A stretch of 64,000 bases of DNA from Verrucomicrobiaceae bacterium (GCA_051252135.1 JBPOGH010000011.1:64001-128000); one strand, 5' to 3'; shown: positions 18,897 through 30,597, counted from the first letter of the stretch. The notes: generated by a model from the letters alone, not told the origin. Numbers and translations are program-made.

Positions 18897-20261
18897 TCAA
18901 CCGTCACCCCAATCACTCCCGCCCTTCGCTCTCGCACGAATCCACCCAAACACCGCTTCCGCACTCTCCACCTTCATCGCCCCCTCCCCAATCACCACTG
19001 GCTGCTCGTCTTCCACCACCTCGTCCCGGCCATGCGATCCCTTCACCAGCGTCGCATCCAGCGGAATCACATCCATCAGCCCACGAAAGCCCAACTTCTT
19101 CTTCACCAAAAATCCCCCGATCTTCGCGATCGGGAATTTTATCTCCGGATTCAAAAACAACTCCACCGGATCATATCCCGGCTTCCGGTGAATATCGATG
19201 CACCGCGCATAATCCGGAGCCTTCGCATCATCCTCCCAAAAGTAATAGGTAAACCACGCCTCTTCCTCCGACACCGCCACAAAGTCACCTCCCCGCTCAC
19301 GCCCCACTCCCTCGCCCCAAAGCACTTCTCCCTCCCGAATCTCTTCCACGCCCTCTACTGCGTTCACCACTTCCCGCACCTCATCCGCAATCGTCGGGTC
19401 GTTCACATAAACATGTGCCACCTGATGGTCCGCCACCGCAAAAGCACGACACCCGCCGCAGTCCAGCGTCTCCAGACCCAGCTCATCCTTCACCTGAATC
19501 CACCCCTTCTCCCGGAAAATTCGATTCAAATGAATCGGCTTCGTCACTTTCGAAATCCCATACTCCGACAACACCAGCACCTCCACCCCGCGTCCTTCCA
19601 AAAACTCCACCAAATCACGCGTCACTTCATCAATCGCCGCATACTCCGCCGCCATCTCCGGTGCTCCCGGACCATATTTTTGCAACCCGTAATCCAGGTG
19701 CGGCAGGTAAACCAGATTGAGCTCCGGCTCTTCCTTCTTTTCTATCCACTTCGCACTCTCCGCAATCCACCGCGACGACCCAATCCCCGCCCTCGGACCC
19801 CAAAATGCCGGAAATGGAAACGCCCCCAAATCTCCCTTGATCTCCTCCCGCATCCCCATCGGCTGCGTGTGGATATCGAAAAACTTCCGCCCGTCCGCCG
19901 GATACAGGGGCCGCGGCGTCGCTGAAAAGTCGGCACTGGAATACATATTGTACCACCAGAACATCTTCGCACATCTCCCCCCCATTCCCTCCCAGACCTT
20001 CTCCCCCTTCACCAGGTGATTGCTCTGCTTCCAAAATTTCACTTCCGCCGCCTCCCGGTCATACCACCCGTTCCCCACAATCCCATGCTCACCCACCGGC
20101 TTCCCGGTCAGATAGGAACTCTGCGCCGTGCACGTCACCGCCGGAAAGGCCGGCTTGAAATTCTTCACCTCACGCTTCTCCGACCACTCACGCAGCCATG
20201 GCATCTCACGAAGCACTCCCTTCGTCAGCCCCACCACATTGAGAACAGCGACCCGCTTCAT
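18897..20261 (-). CDS. Alkaline phosphatase/nucleotide pyrophosphatase family protein, EboF-like
   Basis: VLNVVGLT, FPAVTCTAQS, FWKQSNHLV, VYLPHLDY, DIHRKPGYDPVELF, VKGSHGR. Confidence 0.88.
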   Translation of the reverse strand: MKRVAVLNVVGLTKGVLREMPWLREWSEKREVKNFKPAFPAVTCTAQSSYLTGKPVGEHGIVGNGWYDREAAEVKFWKQSNHLVKGEKVWEGMGGRCAKMFWWYNMYSSADFSATPRPLYPADGRKFFDIHTQPMGMREEIKGDLGAFPFPAFWGPRAGIGSSRWIAESAKWIEKKEEPELNLVYLPHLDYGLQKYGPGAPEMAAEYAAIDEVTRDLVEFLEGRGVEVLVLSEYGISKVTKPIHLNRIFREKGWIQVKDELGLETLDCGGCRAFAVADHQVAHVYVNDPTIADEVREVVNAVEGVEEIREGEVLWGEGVGRERGGDFVAVSEEEAWFTYYFWEDDAKAPDYARCIDIHRKPGYDPVELFLNPEIKFPIAKIGGFLVKKKLGFRGLMDVIPLDATLVKGSHGRDEVVEDEQPVVIGEGAMKVESAEAVFGWIRARAKGGSDWGDG

Positions 20262-21430
20262 GACACCGCAGCCAATGCCCGCTCCTTCAACTCATCCGCA
20301 CACCCATCCCACACCGCTTCATCAATCTCATGCGCATCCACTCCCGTCCCCAGCTCCTTCAGCAAAAGAACCGTCAGCTCACCCCCCAAATGCTCCCGAA
20401 ATTCCTCCAGCCCGTTGAAAACACGTCGTCTCCCCTGATCATCGCGCAACTCCAGCGCCTCATGCCAAAGCGGCAACTCCAATCCCTCAATCACCTGCAA
20501 CACCCGCTCCGCTTCTCCCTCGGGAAGCAAACCCACCTTCGCCGCATACAGCGTATCCAGCGCCACGCCCACCGCCACCGCTTCGCCGTGACTCAGTTCA
20601 AAATCCGTCAGCTGCTCCAGCTTGTGTGCCGCCCAGTGCCCGTAGTCCAGCGGACGACTGCTCCCCAACTCAAAGGGATCCCCTCCCAGCGCAATGTGCC
20701 GCGCATGGTGAATCGCCGATCTCTCCACCGCCTCTTCCAGGGTCGCCTCATCCAACTCATTCAGCTTCCCGACATTCTCCTCTAGCCACGCAAAAAACTC
20801 CCCGTCCTTCACCAGAGCCACTTTCACCGCCTCAATCAACCCCGCCCGGCGCGTCAGCTCCGGCTGCGTGTGTAAAAACTGAAAGTCGTTCACCACCGCA
20901 TACGGCACCGCAAACGCCCCAATGAAATTCTTCTTCCCGAACGCGTTGATCCCATTCTTCACCCCCACTCCACTGTCGTCTTGCGACAAGGTCGTCGTCG
21001 GAAACCGCACCAAACGCACCCCGCGATGACCCGTCGCCGCCGCATAACCAATCACATCAAGAAATGCCCCACCCCCAATCACCAGAATATACGAATGCCG
21101 GTCAATATGGTGACGCTCAATCGCCTCCATCGCCTGCTGATACACCGCATCATCCCGCTTCGCCACCTCCGCACCAGCCAGCCATTCCACCCCCGTCAGC
21201 CGAATCCCTGCCACATCGGAAAAATAATCCTGCACCTCCCCCTCCAGCTGCGGAAAGTGCTCCCGCAGCCCATTCTCAATAAAAACCAGCGCCTTGCTCC
21301 GCCCCTGAGTCTCCAAAAGGCCCGACAGCAGCTCATTCCCCGGAGAAAACGCTCCCCGGGTAAATCGAATGCGGTGACGAAAGCTCACCTGAATCTCAAA
21401 ATCCTCTCCTGTCATGCTGTCGCTCATCAT
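20258..21430 (-). CDS. 3-dehydroquinate-synthase-like sugar phosphate cyclase, EboD-like
   Basis: IDRHSY, IGGGAFLD, PTTTLSQDDSGVGVKNGIN, EAVKVALVKD, DPFELGSSRPLDYGHWAAHKLE; 4-nt overlap with the eboF-like gene. Confidence 0.88.
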   Translation of the reverse strand: MMSDSMTGEDFEIQVSFRHRIRFTRGAFSPGNELLSGLLETQGRSKALVFIENGLREHFPQLEGEVQDYFSDVAGIRLTGVEWLAGAEVAKRDDAVYQQAMEAIERHHIDRHSYILVIGGGAFLDVIGYAAATGHRGVRLVRFPTTTLSQDDSGVGVKNGINAFGKKNFIGAFAVPYAVVNDFQFLHTQPELTRRAGLIEAVKVALVKDGEFFAWLEENVGKLNELDEATLEEAVERSAIHHARHIALGGDPFELGSSRPLDYGHWAAHKLEQLTDFELSHGEAVAVGVALDTLYAAKVGLLPEGEAERVLQVIEGLELPLWHEALELRDDQGRRRVFNGLEEFREHLGGELTVLLLKELGTGVDAHEIDEAVWDGCADELKERALAAVS

Positions 21431-21486
21431 TCCTAATGCACCCTACGGGGAATTGCCACTGAATCTTAGGCCTGTAATAGTCCTTT

Positions 21487-22023
21487 ATGGAAATCACCTC
21501 TCACTTCGAAGGTCGCTACCTCTCACTCAGGGAAATCGACGACTGGGAATTCGCCACCCGCCCCTATGCCAGCGGCGTTGTAGCCATCCTCGCCATCACC
21601 CCTGAAAACGACCTCGTCCTCGTCGAGCAATTCCGCCGCCCTATGCAGGCCCGCGTCCTCGAAATCTGCGCCGGACTCGTCGGTGACGAACCCGAATTCA
21701 AGGGCGAATCCCTTGCAGACTGCGCCCGCCGCGAACTCCTGGAGGAGACCGGATACACCGCTCCAAGCATCACCCCGCTTCTCTCGTCCCCCACTTCATC
21801 GGGAATGACCAACGAAATGACGCACTTCTTCCTCGCCGAAAATGCCACCAAAATCGCCGACGGTGGCGGCGTGGACGGCGAGGACATCACCACCCACCTC
21901 GTCCCCATCACCGAACTCGGCAATTTTTTCAACGATTCCCTCAACCGCGGAATCCTCATCGACTTCAAAATTCACGCCGCCCTCGCCGCTTGGGACCTCC
22001 TCAAACAGGGCTCCACCAAATAA
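21487..22023 (+). CDS. NUDIX hydrolase (ADP-ribose pyrophosphatase-like)
   Basis: LVEQFRRP, AGLVGD...ARRELLEETGY Nudix box. Confidence 0.93.
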   Translation: MEITSHFEGRYLSLREIDDWEFATRPYASGVVAILAITPENDLVLVEQFRRPMQARVLEICAGLVGDEPEFKGESLADCARRELLEETGYTAPSITPLLSSPTSSGMTNEMTHFFLAENATKIADGGGVDGEDITTHLVPITELGNFFNDSLNRGILIDFKIHAALAAWDLLKQGSTK

Positions 22024-22074
22024 GGGCTAAATTCTGTATGACAATCGCCAAAACTACGTAAACCTAAACCGAAC

Positions 22075-25000
22075 ATGAAACGCTGGATCACCGTCATTTT
22101 TGCTCAACAGGCTCTGGGAGCTTCTCTCCCCGATGTCGTCGACTTCAACGACCACGTCCAACCCATCCTCTCGGAGTTCTGTTACCACTGCCACGGCCCG
22201 GATTCCGCCACCCGCGCACCCAAATCCGCCCCCCTCCGTCTCGACCGCGAGGAGTTCGCCTTTGAAGAACGCGATGGCAAACCCGTCATCATCAAGGGCG
22301 ATCCTGAAAAATCATCCCTCATCAAACGCATCACCACCAAAGACGAGGACGACATCATGCCTCCTCCCGAGAGCCACAAACCTCCCCTCGATGCCTACCA
22401 GATCGCTCTCCTCAGCAAATGGATCGAGCAAGGCGCCCCTTACGAGGAACACTGGTCCTTCATCAAGCCCGTCAAACCCACCCCTCCCGAATCCAAGTGG
22501 GGAAACAACGCCATCGACGCCTTCATCAGCGCCAAACATCAGGAGCACAACCTCGTCCCCAACGCCCCCGCCGATACCCACCGCATCATCCGCCGCCTCT
22601 CCTTTGACATCACCGGCCTTCCTCCCACACCGGAGCAAATCAAAAGCTTCCAGGAAGCCGCCGCCATGGACCTCGCCACCGCCGTCCAACTCGCGGCCTC
22701 CGAAATGCTCGGCACCCGCGCTTACGCCGAAAACTTCGCCCGCCATTGGCTCGATGCCGCCCGCTACGCAGACTCACACGGCATCCACATCGACAACTAC
22801 CGCGACATCTGGCCCTACCGTGACTGGGTCATCAAGGCCTTCGCCGAAAACAAATCCTACCGGGATTTCACCATCGAACAAATCGCCGGCGACCTCCTCC
22901 CCAACCCCAAGCTCGACCAAATCGTCGCCACCGGATTCAACCGCTGCCTCCCCACCACCGGCGAGGGCGGAGCCATCTCGAAGGAATACGAGGCCATTTA
23001 TGCCAAGGACCAGGTCGAAACAACTTCCGCCATCTGGCTCGGCCTCACCACCGGATGCGCCGCCTGCCACGATCACAAGTTCGACCCCATCTCCCAAAAA
23101 GACTTCTACGCCCTCACCGCCTACTTCCGGAACACCACCATGGCCGCCATGGACCGGAACAAGGCCGATCACCCGCCCAACATCTTCGTCCCCCTCTCCG
23201 AAGACCGTGACTCGTGGGAATCCCTCAAAACTCAAATCGCCCAAGCGGACCAAGCCATCAGTCAGCGGAAAAAATCGGCCCACTCTGACTTCAACACCTG
23301 GCTCACCTCCCTCACCCCGGAAGACCTCGCCAATCTCGCCACCAAGCCCGATCTCTCCCTCCCTCTCACCGTCGCCGATAAAAAGCTCACCCTCAACGAG
23401 CGCACCATCGACGCAACCGGGCCAACCGTCCCCTTCGATTCCGGCCACGCCCTCCAACTCAAGGGAACCAACATCGACCTTGGCGACCTCGCCCAATTCG
23501 AAGCCCGTGATCAGGTCACTTACGGTGGCTACTTCCGTCTCGGCTCCAAATCCAACGGCCCCGTCATCTCCCGCATGGACACCGGGAACAGCTACCGGGG
23601 CTGGGACATCTGGGTCGAGAATGACCGCATCGGCAGCCACCTCATCGACCAATGGGATAAGAACGGCATCAAAGCCATGAGCAAGGACCCGCTCCCCATG
23701 AAAAAATGGCTCCACATCATGTTCACCTACGATGGTAAGGCAGAACCCAAAAAGAGCCTCAAGCTCTTCGTCGACGGTAAGGAAATGCCGCTCAAATACA
23801 GCCACTCCGGCAAGGTGAATTCTTTCGCCACCAACGCCCCCCTTCGCCTCGGCGGGCGCCATCCCTCCACCGCCCTCAACGGAGATGCCTCCTTTCACAG
23901 CTTTCAACTTTACAAGCGCATCCTCACCCCTGCGGAAATTTCGGACGCAGCTACAAACGGCAACATCTCAAACGTCCTCGCCACCCCCATCGCGGACCTC
24001 GATGAAAAACAAAGGAACTCCCTCTACCAATATTACATCGACCACCTCGACCCACGTGTGAAGGAGCTCGCATCCCAAAAGGAAAAACTCCTCGCCCAAC
24101 AATCCGCCATTAAAAACCGGGGCTCCCTCAGCCTCGTCATGGAGGAAAAGAAAACACCCGCCATCGCCCACATCCTCGAGCGCGGAGAATACACTCTCGA
24201 AAAGGAAAAAGTCACCGCCGCCATCCCCGAACTCTTCACCGAAGGCCCCTCCACCGCCGCCCCTTCCCGTAAGGAGCTCGCCGAGTGGCTGGTCAGCAAG
24301 GAAAACCCCCTCACCGCCCGCGTCACCGTCAACCGCATGTGGTATTATTTCTTCGGCCGCGGACTCGTCGAAACCACCGAGGATTTCGGCATCATGGGCG
24401 CCCGCCCCACCCACCCCGAGCTCCTCGACTGGCTCGCCGTCGAGTTCATGGAATCCAACTGGGACCTCCAGCACATCATCAGGCTCATCACCTCCTCCGC
24501 CACCTACCAACTCTCGGATCAGGTCACCTCCAGCAACCGCGAAAAGGACCCCACCAACCTCTACCTCGCGCGCTCCCCACGCCACCGTCTCGATGCCGAG
24601 CACATCCGGGACATGGCCCTCGCCAGCTCAGGTCTTCTCGTCCCCTCCACCGGCGGACCACCCGTCAAACCCTACCAGCCCGAAGGAGTCTGGGAGGCCG
24701 TCGCCATGAACGAGTCCAACACTCGCTTCTACAAGCAGGACTCCGGCGACAAGCTCTACCGCCGCTCCCTCTACACCTTCTGGAAGCGCACCGCCCCCCA
24801 TCCCGCCATGGAAATCCTCAACGCCCCCACCCGCGAGGTCTTCTGCGTCCGGCGTGACCTCACCAACACCCCTCTCCAGGCCTTCGTCACCCTCAACGAC
24901 CCCCAATTCGTCGAGGCCTCCCGCCACCTCGCCGCCAATGCCATCAAGGCTTCGGAATCCTTCGACCACCGCCTCGACCACCTCACCCAGCTCCTCCTCG

Positions 25001-25209
25001 GCCGCCGCTTTGAAAATGACGAGCGCACCATTGTCAAAAATGCCCTCGCCCAAATCAGCGAAAGCTATCAGGCCCAACCGGAACTCGCCAAGGAGCTCAT
25101 CGCCGTCGGTGCCTCCCCTGTCGAATCCACCCTCCAGCCCCAAGAACTCGCTTCCTGGACGCTCATCGCCTCCAAGATTTTCAACCTCGACGAAACCCTG
25201 ACCAAGTAA
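22075..25209 (+). CDS. Planctomycete-type cytochrome c / DUF1549 / LamG-like / DUF1553 protein
   Basis: [74 protein letters not shown]. Confidence 0.92.
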   Translation: MKRWITVIFAQQALGASLPDVVDFNDHVQPILSEFCYHCHGPDSATRAPKSAPLRLDREEFAFEERDGKPVIIKGDPEKSSLIKRITTKDEDDIMPPPESHKPPLDAYQIALLSKWIEQGAPYEEHWSFIKPVKPTPPESKWGNNAIDAFISAKHQEHNLVPNAPADTHRIIRRLSFDITGLPPTPEQIKSFQEAAAMDLATAVQLAASEMLGTRAYAENFARHWLDAARYADSHGIHIDNYRDIWPYRDWVIKAFAENKSYRDFTIEQIAGDLLPNPKLDQIVATGFNRCLPTTGEGGAISKEYEAIYAKDQVETTSAIWLGLTTGCAACHDHKFDPISQKDFYALTAYFRNTTMAAMDRNKADHPPNIFVPLSEDRDSWESLKTQIAQADQAISQRKKSAHSDFNTWLTSLTPEDLANLATKPDLSLPLTVADKKLTLNERTIDATGPTVPFDSGHALQLKGTNIDLGDLAQFEARDQVTYGGYFRLGSKSNGPVISRMDTGNSYRGWDIWVENDRIGSHLIDQWDKNGIKAMSKDPLPMKKWLHIMFTYDGKAEPKKSLKLFVDGKEMPLKYSHSGKVNSFATNAPLRLGGRHPSTALNGDASFHSFQLYKRILTPAEISDAATNGNISNVLATPIADLDEKQRNSLYQYYIDHLDPRVKELASQKEKLLAQQSAIKNRGSLSLVMEEKKTPAIAHILERGEYTLEKEKVTAAIPELFTEGPSTAAPSRKELAEWLVSKENPLTARVTVNRMWYYFFGRGLVETTEDFGIMGARPTHPELLDWLAVEFMESNWDLQHIIRLITSSATYQLSDQVTSSNREKDPTNLYLARSPRHRLDAEHIRDMALASSGLLVPSTGGPPVKPYQPEGVWEAVAMNESNTRFYKQDSGDKLYRRSLYTFWKRTAPHPAMEILNAPTREVFCVRRDLTNTPLQAFVTLNDPQFVEASRHLAANAIKASESFDHRLDHLTQLLLGRRFENDERTIVKNALAQISESYQAQPELAKELIAVGASPVESTLQPQELASWTLIASKIFNLDETLTK

Positions 25210-25214
25210 ACGCC

Positions 25215-26669
25215 ATGGACAACCTCCTCGACTTCAACGCCGCCGTTTCCCGCCGCCAGTTCTTCCGTCAAAATGGAACCGGCCTCGGTGCCGCCGCCCT
25301 CGCCTCACTCCTTCCATCTTCCCTCCCCGGAATCTCAAATCCCAAAGTCCCCGCCGAGTTTCAAAAACTCGCTCCCAAAGCCAAGCGCGTCATCTTCCTT
25401 TCCATGCTCGGCGCCCCCAGCCAGCTCGACACCTTCGACTATAAACCAAAGCTCAGCGAGCGCTTCGGCGAGGACCTCACCGGCTACCTCAAGGAGCAAG
25501 GCCAGCGCCTCACCGGCATGACCTCCGGCCAGGCCAAAAAACCCCTCGCCCCCAGCGTCTTCAAGTTCAAACAACACGGCCAGTCCGGCGCATGGATTTC
25601 CGAACTCCTGCCCCACACCGCCAAAATGGCCGATGACATCGCCATCGTGAAAACGATGCACACCGAGGCCATCAACCACGAGCCCGCCAACCAACTCTGC
25701 TACACCGGCTCCCAAATCAACGGCAAGCCCTCCCTCGGCTCCTGGCTCTCCTACGGCCTCGGCTCAGCCAACGAGGACCTCCCCTCCTTCGTCGTCCTCC
25801 ACGCCCAACACACCGGCCCCGGTAACGTCCAGGCCATCTCGTCCCGCCTCTGGGGCCCCGGCTTCCTCGAAGGGAAATACGCCGGCGTCGCACTCCGCTC
25901 AAAGGGCGACCCCGTCCTCTACCTCAAGGACGCCCCCGGCATCGACCGCAAAATCCGCCGCCAAATGCTCGATGGCCTCAATCAGCTCAACCAAAAGAGC
26001 TACGATCTCGTCGGCAACGCCGAAACCCAAACCCGCATGCAGCAGTTCGAGATGGCCTTCCGCATGCAGGCCTCCGTCCCCGAGCTCACCGATCTCAAGC
26101 AAGAGTCCGATCAGACCTACGAAATGTATGGCCCGCAATCCCGCACCCCCGGCTCCTTTGCCAGCTCCTGCATGCTCGCCCGCCGCATGATGGAACGCGG
26201 CGTCCAGTTCGTCCAAATCTTCCACCGCGGCTGGGACCAACACAACAACCTCCCCGAGCACATCAAACACCAGTGCGATGACATCGACCAACCCGCCTGG
26301 GCCCTCATTCAGGACCTCAAACAACGCGGCATGCTCGAAGACACCCTCGTCGTCTGGGGCGGCGAGTTCGGACGCACCGTCTACTGTCAGGGCGGTCTCA
26401 CCCGGGAGAAATACGGCCGTGACCACCACCCGCGCTGCTTCAGCATGTGGATGGCCGGCGGCGGTATCAAAGGAGGCCAGGTCTACGGAGAAACCGATGA
26501 CTTCTCCTTCAACATCACCGAAAACCCCGTCCACATCCGTGATCTCCACGCCACCATGCTCCACCAGCTCGGCCTCGATCACAACCACCTCACCTTCAAA
26601 TACCAGGGCCTCGATCAAAAACTCACCGGCGTTGAACCCGCCAAAATCATCACCGACCTCCTCACCTGA
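25215..26669 (+). CDS. DUF1501 family protein (Tat-like SRRQFF signal)
   Basis: [41 protein letters not shown]; usual partner of DUF1553. Confidence 0.93.
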   Translation: MDNLLDFNAAVSRRQFFRQNGTGLGAAALASLLPSSLPGISNPKVPAEFQKLAPKAKRVIFLSMLGAPSQLDTFDYKPKLSERFGEDLTGYLKEQGQRLTGMTSGQAKKPLAPSVFKFKQHGQSGAWISELLPHTAKMADDIAIVKTMHTEAINHEPANQLCYTGSQINGKPSLGSWLSYGLGSANEDLPSFVVLHAQHTGPGNVQAISSRLWGPGFLEGKYAGVALRSKGDPVLYLKDAPGIDRKIRRQMLDGLNQLNQKSYDLVGNAETQTRMQQFEMAFRMQASVPELTDLKQESDQTYEMYGPQSRTPGSFASSCMLARRMMERGVQFVQIFHRGWDQHNNLPEHIKHQCDDIDQPAWALIQDLKQRGMLEDTLVVWGGEFGRTVYCQGGLTREKYGRDHHPRCFSMWMAGGGIKGGQVYGETDDFSFNITENPVHIRDLHATMLHQLGLDHNHLTFKYQGLDQKLTGVEPAKIITDLLT

Positions 26670-26714
26670 TTTCCCTTCCTTGACCACGCAGGGCAATTCG
26701 CTAGCCTGCGGCAG

Positions 26715-27713
26715 ATGAAGAACTTCCTCTGCGCCGCTTTCCTAACAGGATCGGTTCTCTCCGCCCAGCAGGTGCGCCCCACCATTGGCTCGATCGAAGT
26801 CCTCGATCCTTCCTTGGAAAAGCTCCTCGCTCCGGACGCCAGGATCGAAGTCCTCGCCTCCGGCTTCATCTGGTCCGAAGGCCCCGCCTGGGACAAAGCC
26901 AACAAGCGCATCCTCTTCTCGGACGTCCCAAAAAACACCGTCTACCAGTGGTCCGATAAAGCCGGCCTCTCCGTCTACCTCACCCCCTCCGGATACACCG
27001 GCCCCGCCGAGTATTCCAATGAGCCCGGTTCCAACGGACTCACCTTCGATTCCCAGGGCCGCCTCCACTCCTGCGAGCACGGCGACCGCCGCGTCTCCAT
27101 CCTCACTCTCAATGGCGGCGGAAAAATGACCCTCGCCGATCGCGTCGATGGCAAGCGCTTCAACTCCCCCAACGACCTCTGCATCCACCCCGACGGCAGC
27201 ATCTACTTCACCGATCCTCCCTACGGACTTCCCCAAAAGGAAAAAGACCCTAGCCGTGAAACCGACATCTTCGGCGTCTACCGCATCGCCCCCGATGGAA
27301 ATGTCACCACCGTCATCAGTGATCTCGACCGCCCCAATGGCGTCGCCCTCTCACCCGACTCCAAAACCCTCTACATCGCCCAATCCCAAGGCGGTAAAGC
27401 CTGGATTCTCTCCTACCCCGTCCTCGCCGACGGATCACTCGGAGCACAAACCCTTCTCTTCGACGCCACCCCGCTCTCCAAAAAAGATCGCGGCATGCCC
27501 GACGGACTCAAAACCGACAAACAAGGCAATATCTGGAGCACCGGCCCCGGCGGCGTCCTCATCCTCTCCCCTCAGGGAAAACTTCTCGGTCGCATCCTCA
27601 CTGGACAAGCGACCGCAAATTGCGGATGGGGGGATGACGGCTCCACCCTCTACATGACCGCAGACTCCTACCTTCTCCGTGTCCGCACCAAAGTGGTCGG
27701 CTCCGGCTTCTAA
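26715..27713 (+). CDS. SMP-30/gluconolactonase family protein
   Basis: WSEGPAW, GSNGL, RFNSPND, YFTDPPYG, RPNGVALSPD, PDGLKTD. Confidence 0.93.
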   Translation: MKNFLCAAFLTGSVLSAQQVRPTIGSIEVLDPSLEKLLAPDARIEVLASGFIWSEGPAWDKANKRILFSDVPKNTVYQWSDKAGLSVYLTPSGYTGPAEYSNEPGSNGLTFDSQGRLHSCEHGDRRVSILTLNGGGKMTLADRVDGKRFNSPNDLCIHPDGSIYFTDPPYGLPQKEKDPSRETDIFGVYRIAPDGNVTTVISDLDRPNGVALSPDSKTLYIAQSQGGKAWILSYPVLADGSLGAQTLLFDATPLSKKDRGMPDGLKTDKQGNIWSTGPGGVLILSPQGKLLGRILTGQATANCGWGDDGSTLYMTADSYLLRVRTKVVGSGF

Positions 27714-27734
27714 AAAACCCAACCAACCAATCCC

Positions 27735-28418
27735 ATGGTCCACCGCAGCTCAGAAATCGTCCAAGCCCTCGAAAATGAAATCATGGACGGGAAACTCCAA
27801 CCCGGCCAACGCCTCCCTTCCGAGGAAAAACTCTGCGACCGCTTCAGCGTCAGCCGCACCGTCATCCGCGAAGCCATCCAGCAGCTCCGTGGCCGGGGAC
27901 TCATCCGCACCCTCAAAGGCTCCGGATCCTTCATTGCCGACCCCAGCCTCGACACCCTTGCCGGTGCCATCGAGACCTACACCGTTCTCACCAGCACCGA
28001 CTCCTACCTCGAGCTCATGGACTTCCGTATCCTCCTCGAGACCGAGTGCGCCCGTCTCGCTGCTGCTAATGCCGGAGAGCGCATGATCGAAACAATGGAG
28101 CTCGCCCAAACCAAGATGGAAGCTTGCCGGGGCGATGTCGCCCGCTTCAGCGCCGCCGATATCGCCTTCCACCTCGCCATCGCCGCCGCCTCCAAAAACA
28201 ATCTCTACGCCACAGTCCTGAGCGGGCTCGAAAAGTCCTCCATCGAATACGCCAACACCAACCGCGGTGACAGCCGGTGGTATGACTCCGTCATCCAGAC
28301 CCACGACGAGATCCTCACCGCCATCAAGGACGGCACTCCTGACAAGGCCGCTGCCGCCATGAAGCGTCACCTCCTTCTCTCCCGCCGCCACTACGTCGAC
28401 CTCGACATCAAGAGCTAA
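27735..28418 (+). CDS. GntR/FadR-family transcriptional regulator
   Basis: LQPGQRLPSEEKLCDRFSVSRTVIREA, FCD domain with DIAFHLAIA. Confidence 0.93.
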   Translation: MVHRSSEIVQALENEIMDGKLQPGQRLPSEEKLCDRFSVSRTVIREAIQQLRGRGLIRTLKGSGSFIADPSLDTLAGAIETYTVLTSTDSYLELMDFRILLETECARLAAANAGERMIETMELAQTKMEACRGDVARFSAADIAFHLAIAAASKNNLYATVLSGLEKSSIEYANTNRGDSRWYDSVIQTHDEILTAIKDGTPDKAAAAMKRHLLLSRRHYVDLDIKS

Positions 28419-28546
28419 CCCTCTGCTTCGGTTTGGGTCCGCCACCAAGTCTCAAGGAAGGAAATCCAATCCATCCTGTTCATTTGCCTTGCGGCTATCT
28501 CCACTGCGTTCCGGTTGCGGTTTAAAACCTCCTCAACCAAGCAGTT

Positions 28547-29701
28547 CTAGGACCGCTCCCGAATCACCTCCGCCGCCACCTCGCGCGCGCGGAGATCGGC
28601 CGCCACCACCACTTCAAGCTCTTGGGAATCCACGTGAGTCACCCGACTCATCGTCTCTTCCACTGTCTCCCAAATTCCCGGGAAACTCAGCCCCCGGTTC
28701 CGGAAAATCTCGTTCGCCACTTCATTCGCGGCATTCAAGACCGCCGGCAAGGTCCCTCCTCGCTCCCCCGCCTCCCGGGCCAGCCTCAACGCCGGAAAAT
28801 CATCCACCCGCGGCGCTTCAAATTCCAGCTTCGCCAAGGTTGGAAAGTCCAGTGGCTTCAGCTCATTCTTGAGCCGCTCCGGCCACACCACCGCATACTG
28901 GATCGGGAAGCACATATCCGTCGTGCTCAGCTGCGCCAGCACACTCCCGTCAATAAACTCCACCATCGAGTGCACAATGCTCTGCGGATGCACCACCACG
29001 TCCACCCGCTCCATCGGAATATCAAAGAGCCACCGCGCCTCAATCATCTCCAGCCCCTTGTTGAACAAAGTCGCCGAATCAATCGTAATCTTCTGCCCCA
29101 TCTCCCACGTCGGATGCTTCAAGGCATCTTCCACCGTCACTTCACCAAGCTTCTCAACCGGCCACGTCCGGAACGGCCCGCCCGATGCTGTCACGATCAA
29201 GCGACGCACTTCGTCCGATCCTCCCTGATGCCCCTCAAGGCATTGAAAAATCGCGTTATGCTCGCTGTCCACCGGCAAAATATTCACCCCCTTCTCCCGC
29301 GCTGCATTCATCACCACTTCCCCCGCCATCACCAAAATCTCCTTACTCGCCACCGCCAAATCACACCCCATCTCAATCGCCGCCAGCGCCGGCCTCAAAC
29401 CACCCACTCCCACAATCGCCACCAGCACCAGGTCCGGCCGCGTCGCCTCCACCAAATCCACCAACCCCTGCTCACCTCCGTATAAACTGCGCCCACTCCC
29501 CGCCAGCTCTTCCTTGCGCGATTCGTCCGCCACGCACAAATGACTCACCCCGAATTCCTTCGCCTGCTCATCCAGTTCCGCCACCCGCGTTCCCGCTGCC
29601 AGACCCACAATTTCCATCCGATCGGGAATCTGACGCGCCACCGTCAGCGCACTCGTCCCAATCGACCCCGTCGACCCCAGAATAACCACTCGTTTTCGCA
29701 T
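28547..29701 (-). CDS. dxr: 1-deoxy-D-xylulose-5-phosphate reductoisomerase
   Basis: ILGSTGSIG, LPVDSEHNAIFQ, TASGGPFR, HPTWEMGQKITIDSATLFNKGLE; ATG at 29701. Confidence 0.97.
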   Translation of the reverse strand: MRKRVVILGSTGSIGTSALTVARQIPDRMEIVGLAAGTRVAELDEQAKEFGVSHLCVADESRKEELAGSGRSLYGGEQGLVDLVEATRPDLVLVAIVGVGGLRPALAAIEMGCDLAVASKEILVMAGEVVMNAAREKGVNILPVDSEHNAIFQCLEGHQGGSDEVRRLIVTASGGPFRTWPVEKLGEVTVEDALKHPTWEMGQKITIDSATLFNKGLEMIEARWLFDIPMERVDVVVHPQSIVHSMVEFIDGSVLAQLSTTDMCFPIQYAVVWPERLKNELKPLDFPTLAKLEFEAPRVDDFPALRLAREAGERGGTLPAVLNAANEVANEIFRNRGLSFPGIWETVEETMSRVTHVDSQELEVVVAADLRAREVAAEVIRERS

Positions 29702-30597
29702 CAAATCAATCCTGTAAGAATCAGGTAAAAGTACATCACCGGAGCCGCAAAACACAGACTATCGATCAGGTCCAAAATCCCCCCGATCCCCGGCATCCAA
29801 CTCCCCGAGTCCTTCACCGCCAAACTCCGCTTCAGAATCGACTCCGCCAAATCCCCGGCCACCGCCGAAAGCGCCATCAGCACCCCCAGCACCCCCACAT
29901 GCAACGGTGGAATCCAGGCCAGCGCCTCACCCGCCAGCGCCCACACGCCCCATGCCCCGGCCTGCGCAAAAAGATGCGCCCCAAAGAAGCCCTCCCACGT
30001 CTTCGCCGGACTCAGATGCGGTGCCATCTTGTGCTTTCCAAAAAGCGACCCCGAAATGTAAGCCCCCATATCCGTGAACTTCGCCGAAGCACACATCATC
30101 AAAATCAACCACGCCCCCGGCACCGCCGCATCCACCTCCGGTAAAAAACAAAGACGCAACATAAACGCCCCGAACAAGACCGGCACATAAAGATAAGCCA
30201 GCAACGCATCCCCCACCGCATCCACACTCTGCCGTCCCTCGATCCCGTTCCGGAACCGCCACACAAAAGCCCCTAGCAACACTATCACCATCCCCAACAT
30301 CTCCCCGTCAAACCCCGGCCTCTCCCATCCCTGCCCCACCAAACCGTAACCAATCCGCAGCGCCACCAAAAGCCCCACCACCAGACCAATCACCCGGCAA
30401 CCGTCCCCACCCTGCCCCTTGAACATCCCCCGGAACTCACCCGCCCCCGTCACCGTTAAAAACGCAATCAGACCAAAAAAGGCCCACGGATTCCCCGAGA
30501 CGAACACGCCCGTCACGATCGCCCAGATCACCAGCGTGCTGGTCAATCGCGCCCGAAACACCGCTCCTTTCGATTGAGGGGTAGTCGTTTTAGCCAT
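29701..30597 (-). CDS. cdsA: Phosphatidate cytidylyltransferase
   Basis: DMGAY..G..FGKHKM...SPAKTWEG, GDLAESILKR...KDSG..MPGIGGILDLIDS. Confidence 0.95.
   Translation of the reverse strand: MAKTTTPQSKGAVFRARLTSTLVIWAIVTGVFVSGNPWAFFGLIAFLTVTGAGEFRGMFKGQGGDGCRVIGLVVGLLVALRIGYGLVGQGWERPGFDGEMLGMVIVLLGAFVWRFRNGIEGRQSVDAVGDALLAYLYVPVLFGAFMLRLCFLPEVDAAVPGAWLILMMCASAKFTDMGAYISGSLFGKHKMAPHLSPAKTWEGFFGAHLFAQAGAWGVWALAGEALAWIPPLHVGVLGVLMALSAVAGDLAESILKRSLAVKDSGSWMPGIGGILDLIDSLCFAAPVMYFYLILTGLI

Noticed and set aside
28419..28546. Gap between convergent GntR and dxr genes containing GGAAGGAA and TTGCGG repeats (SRP RNA or repeat?)
   Set aside because: It lacks the SRP domain IV consensus context and a convincing stem.
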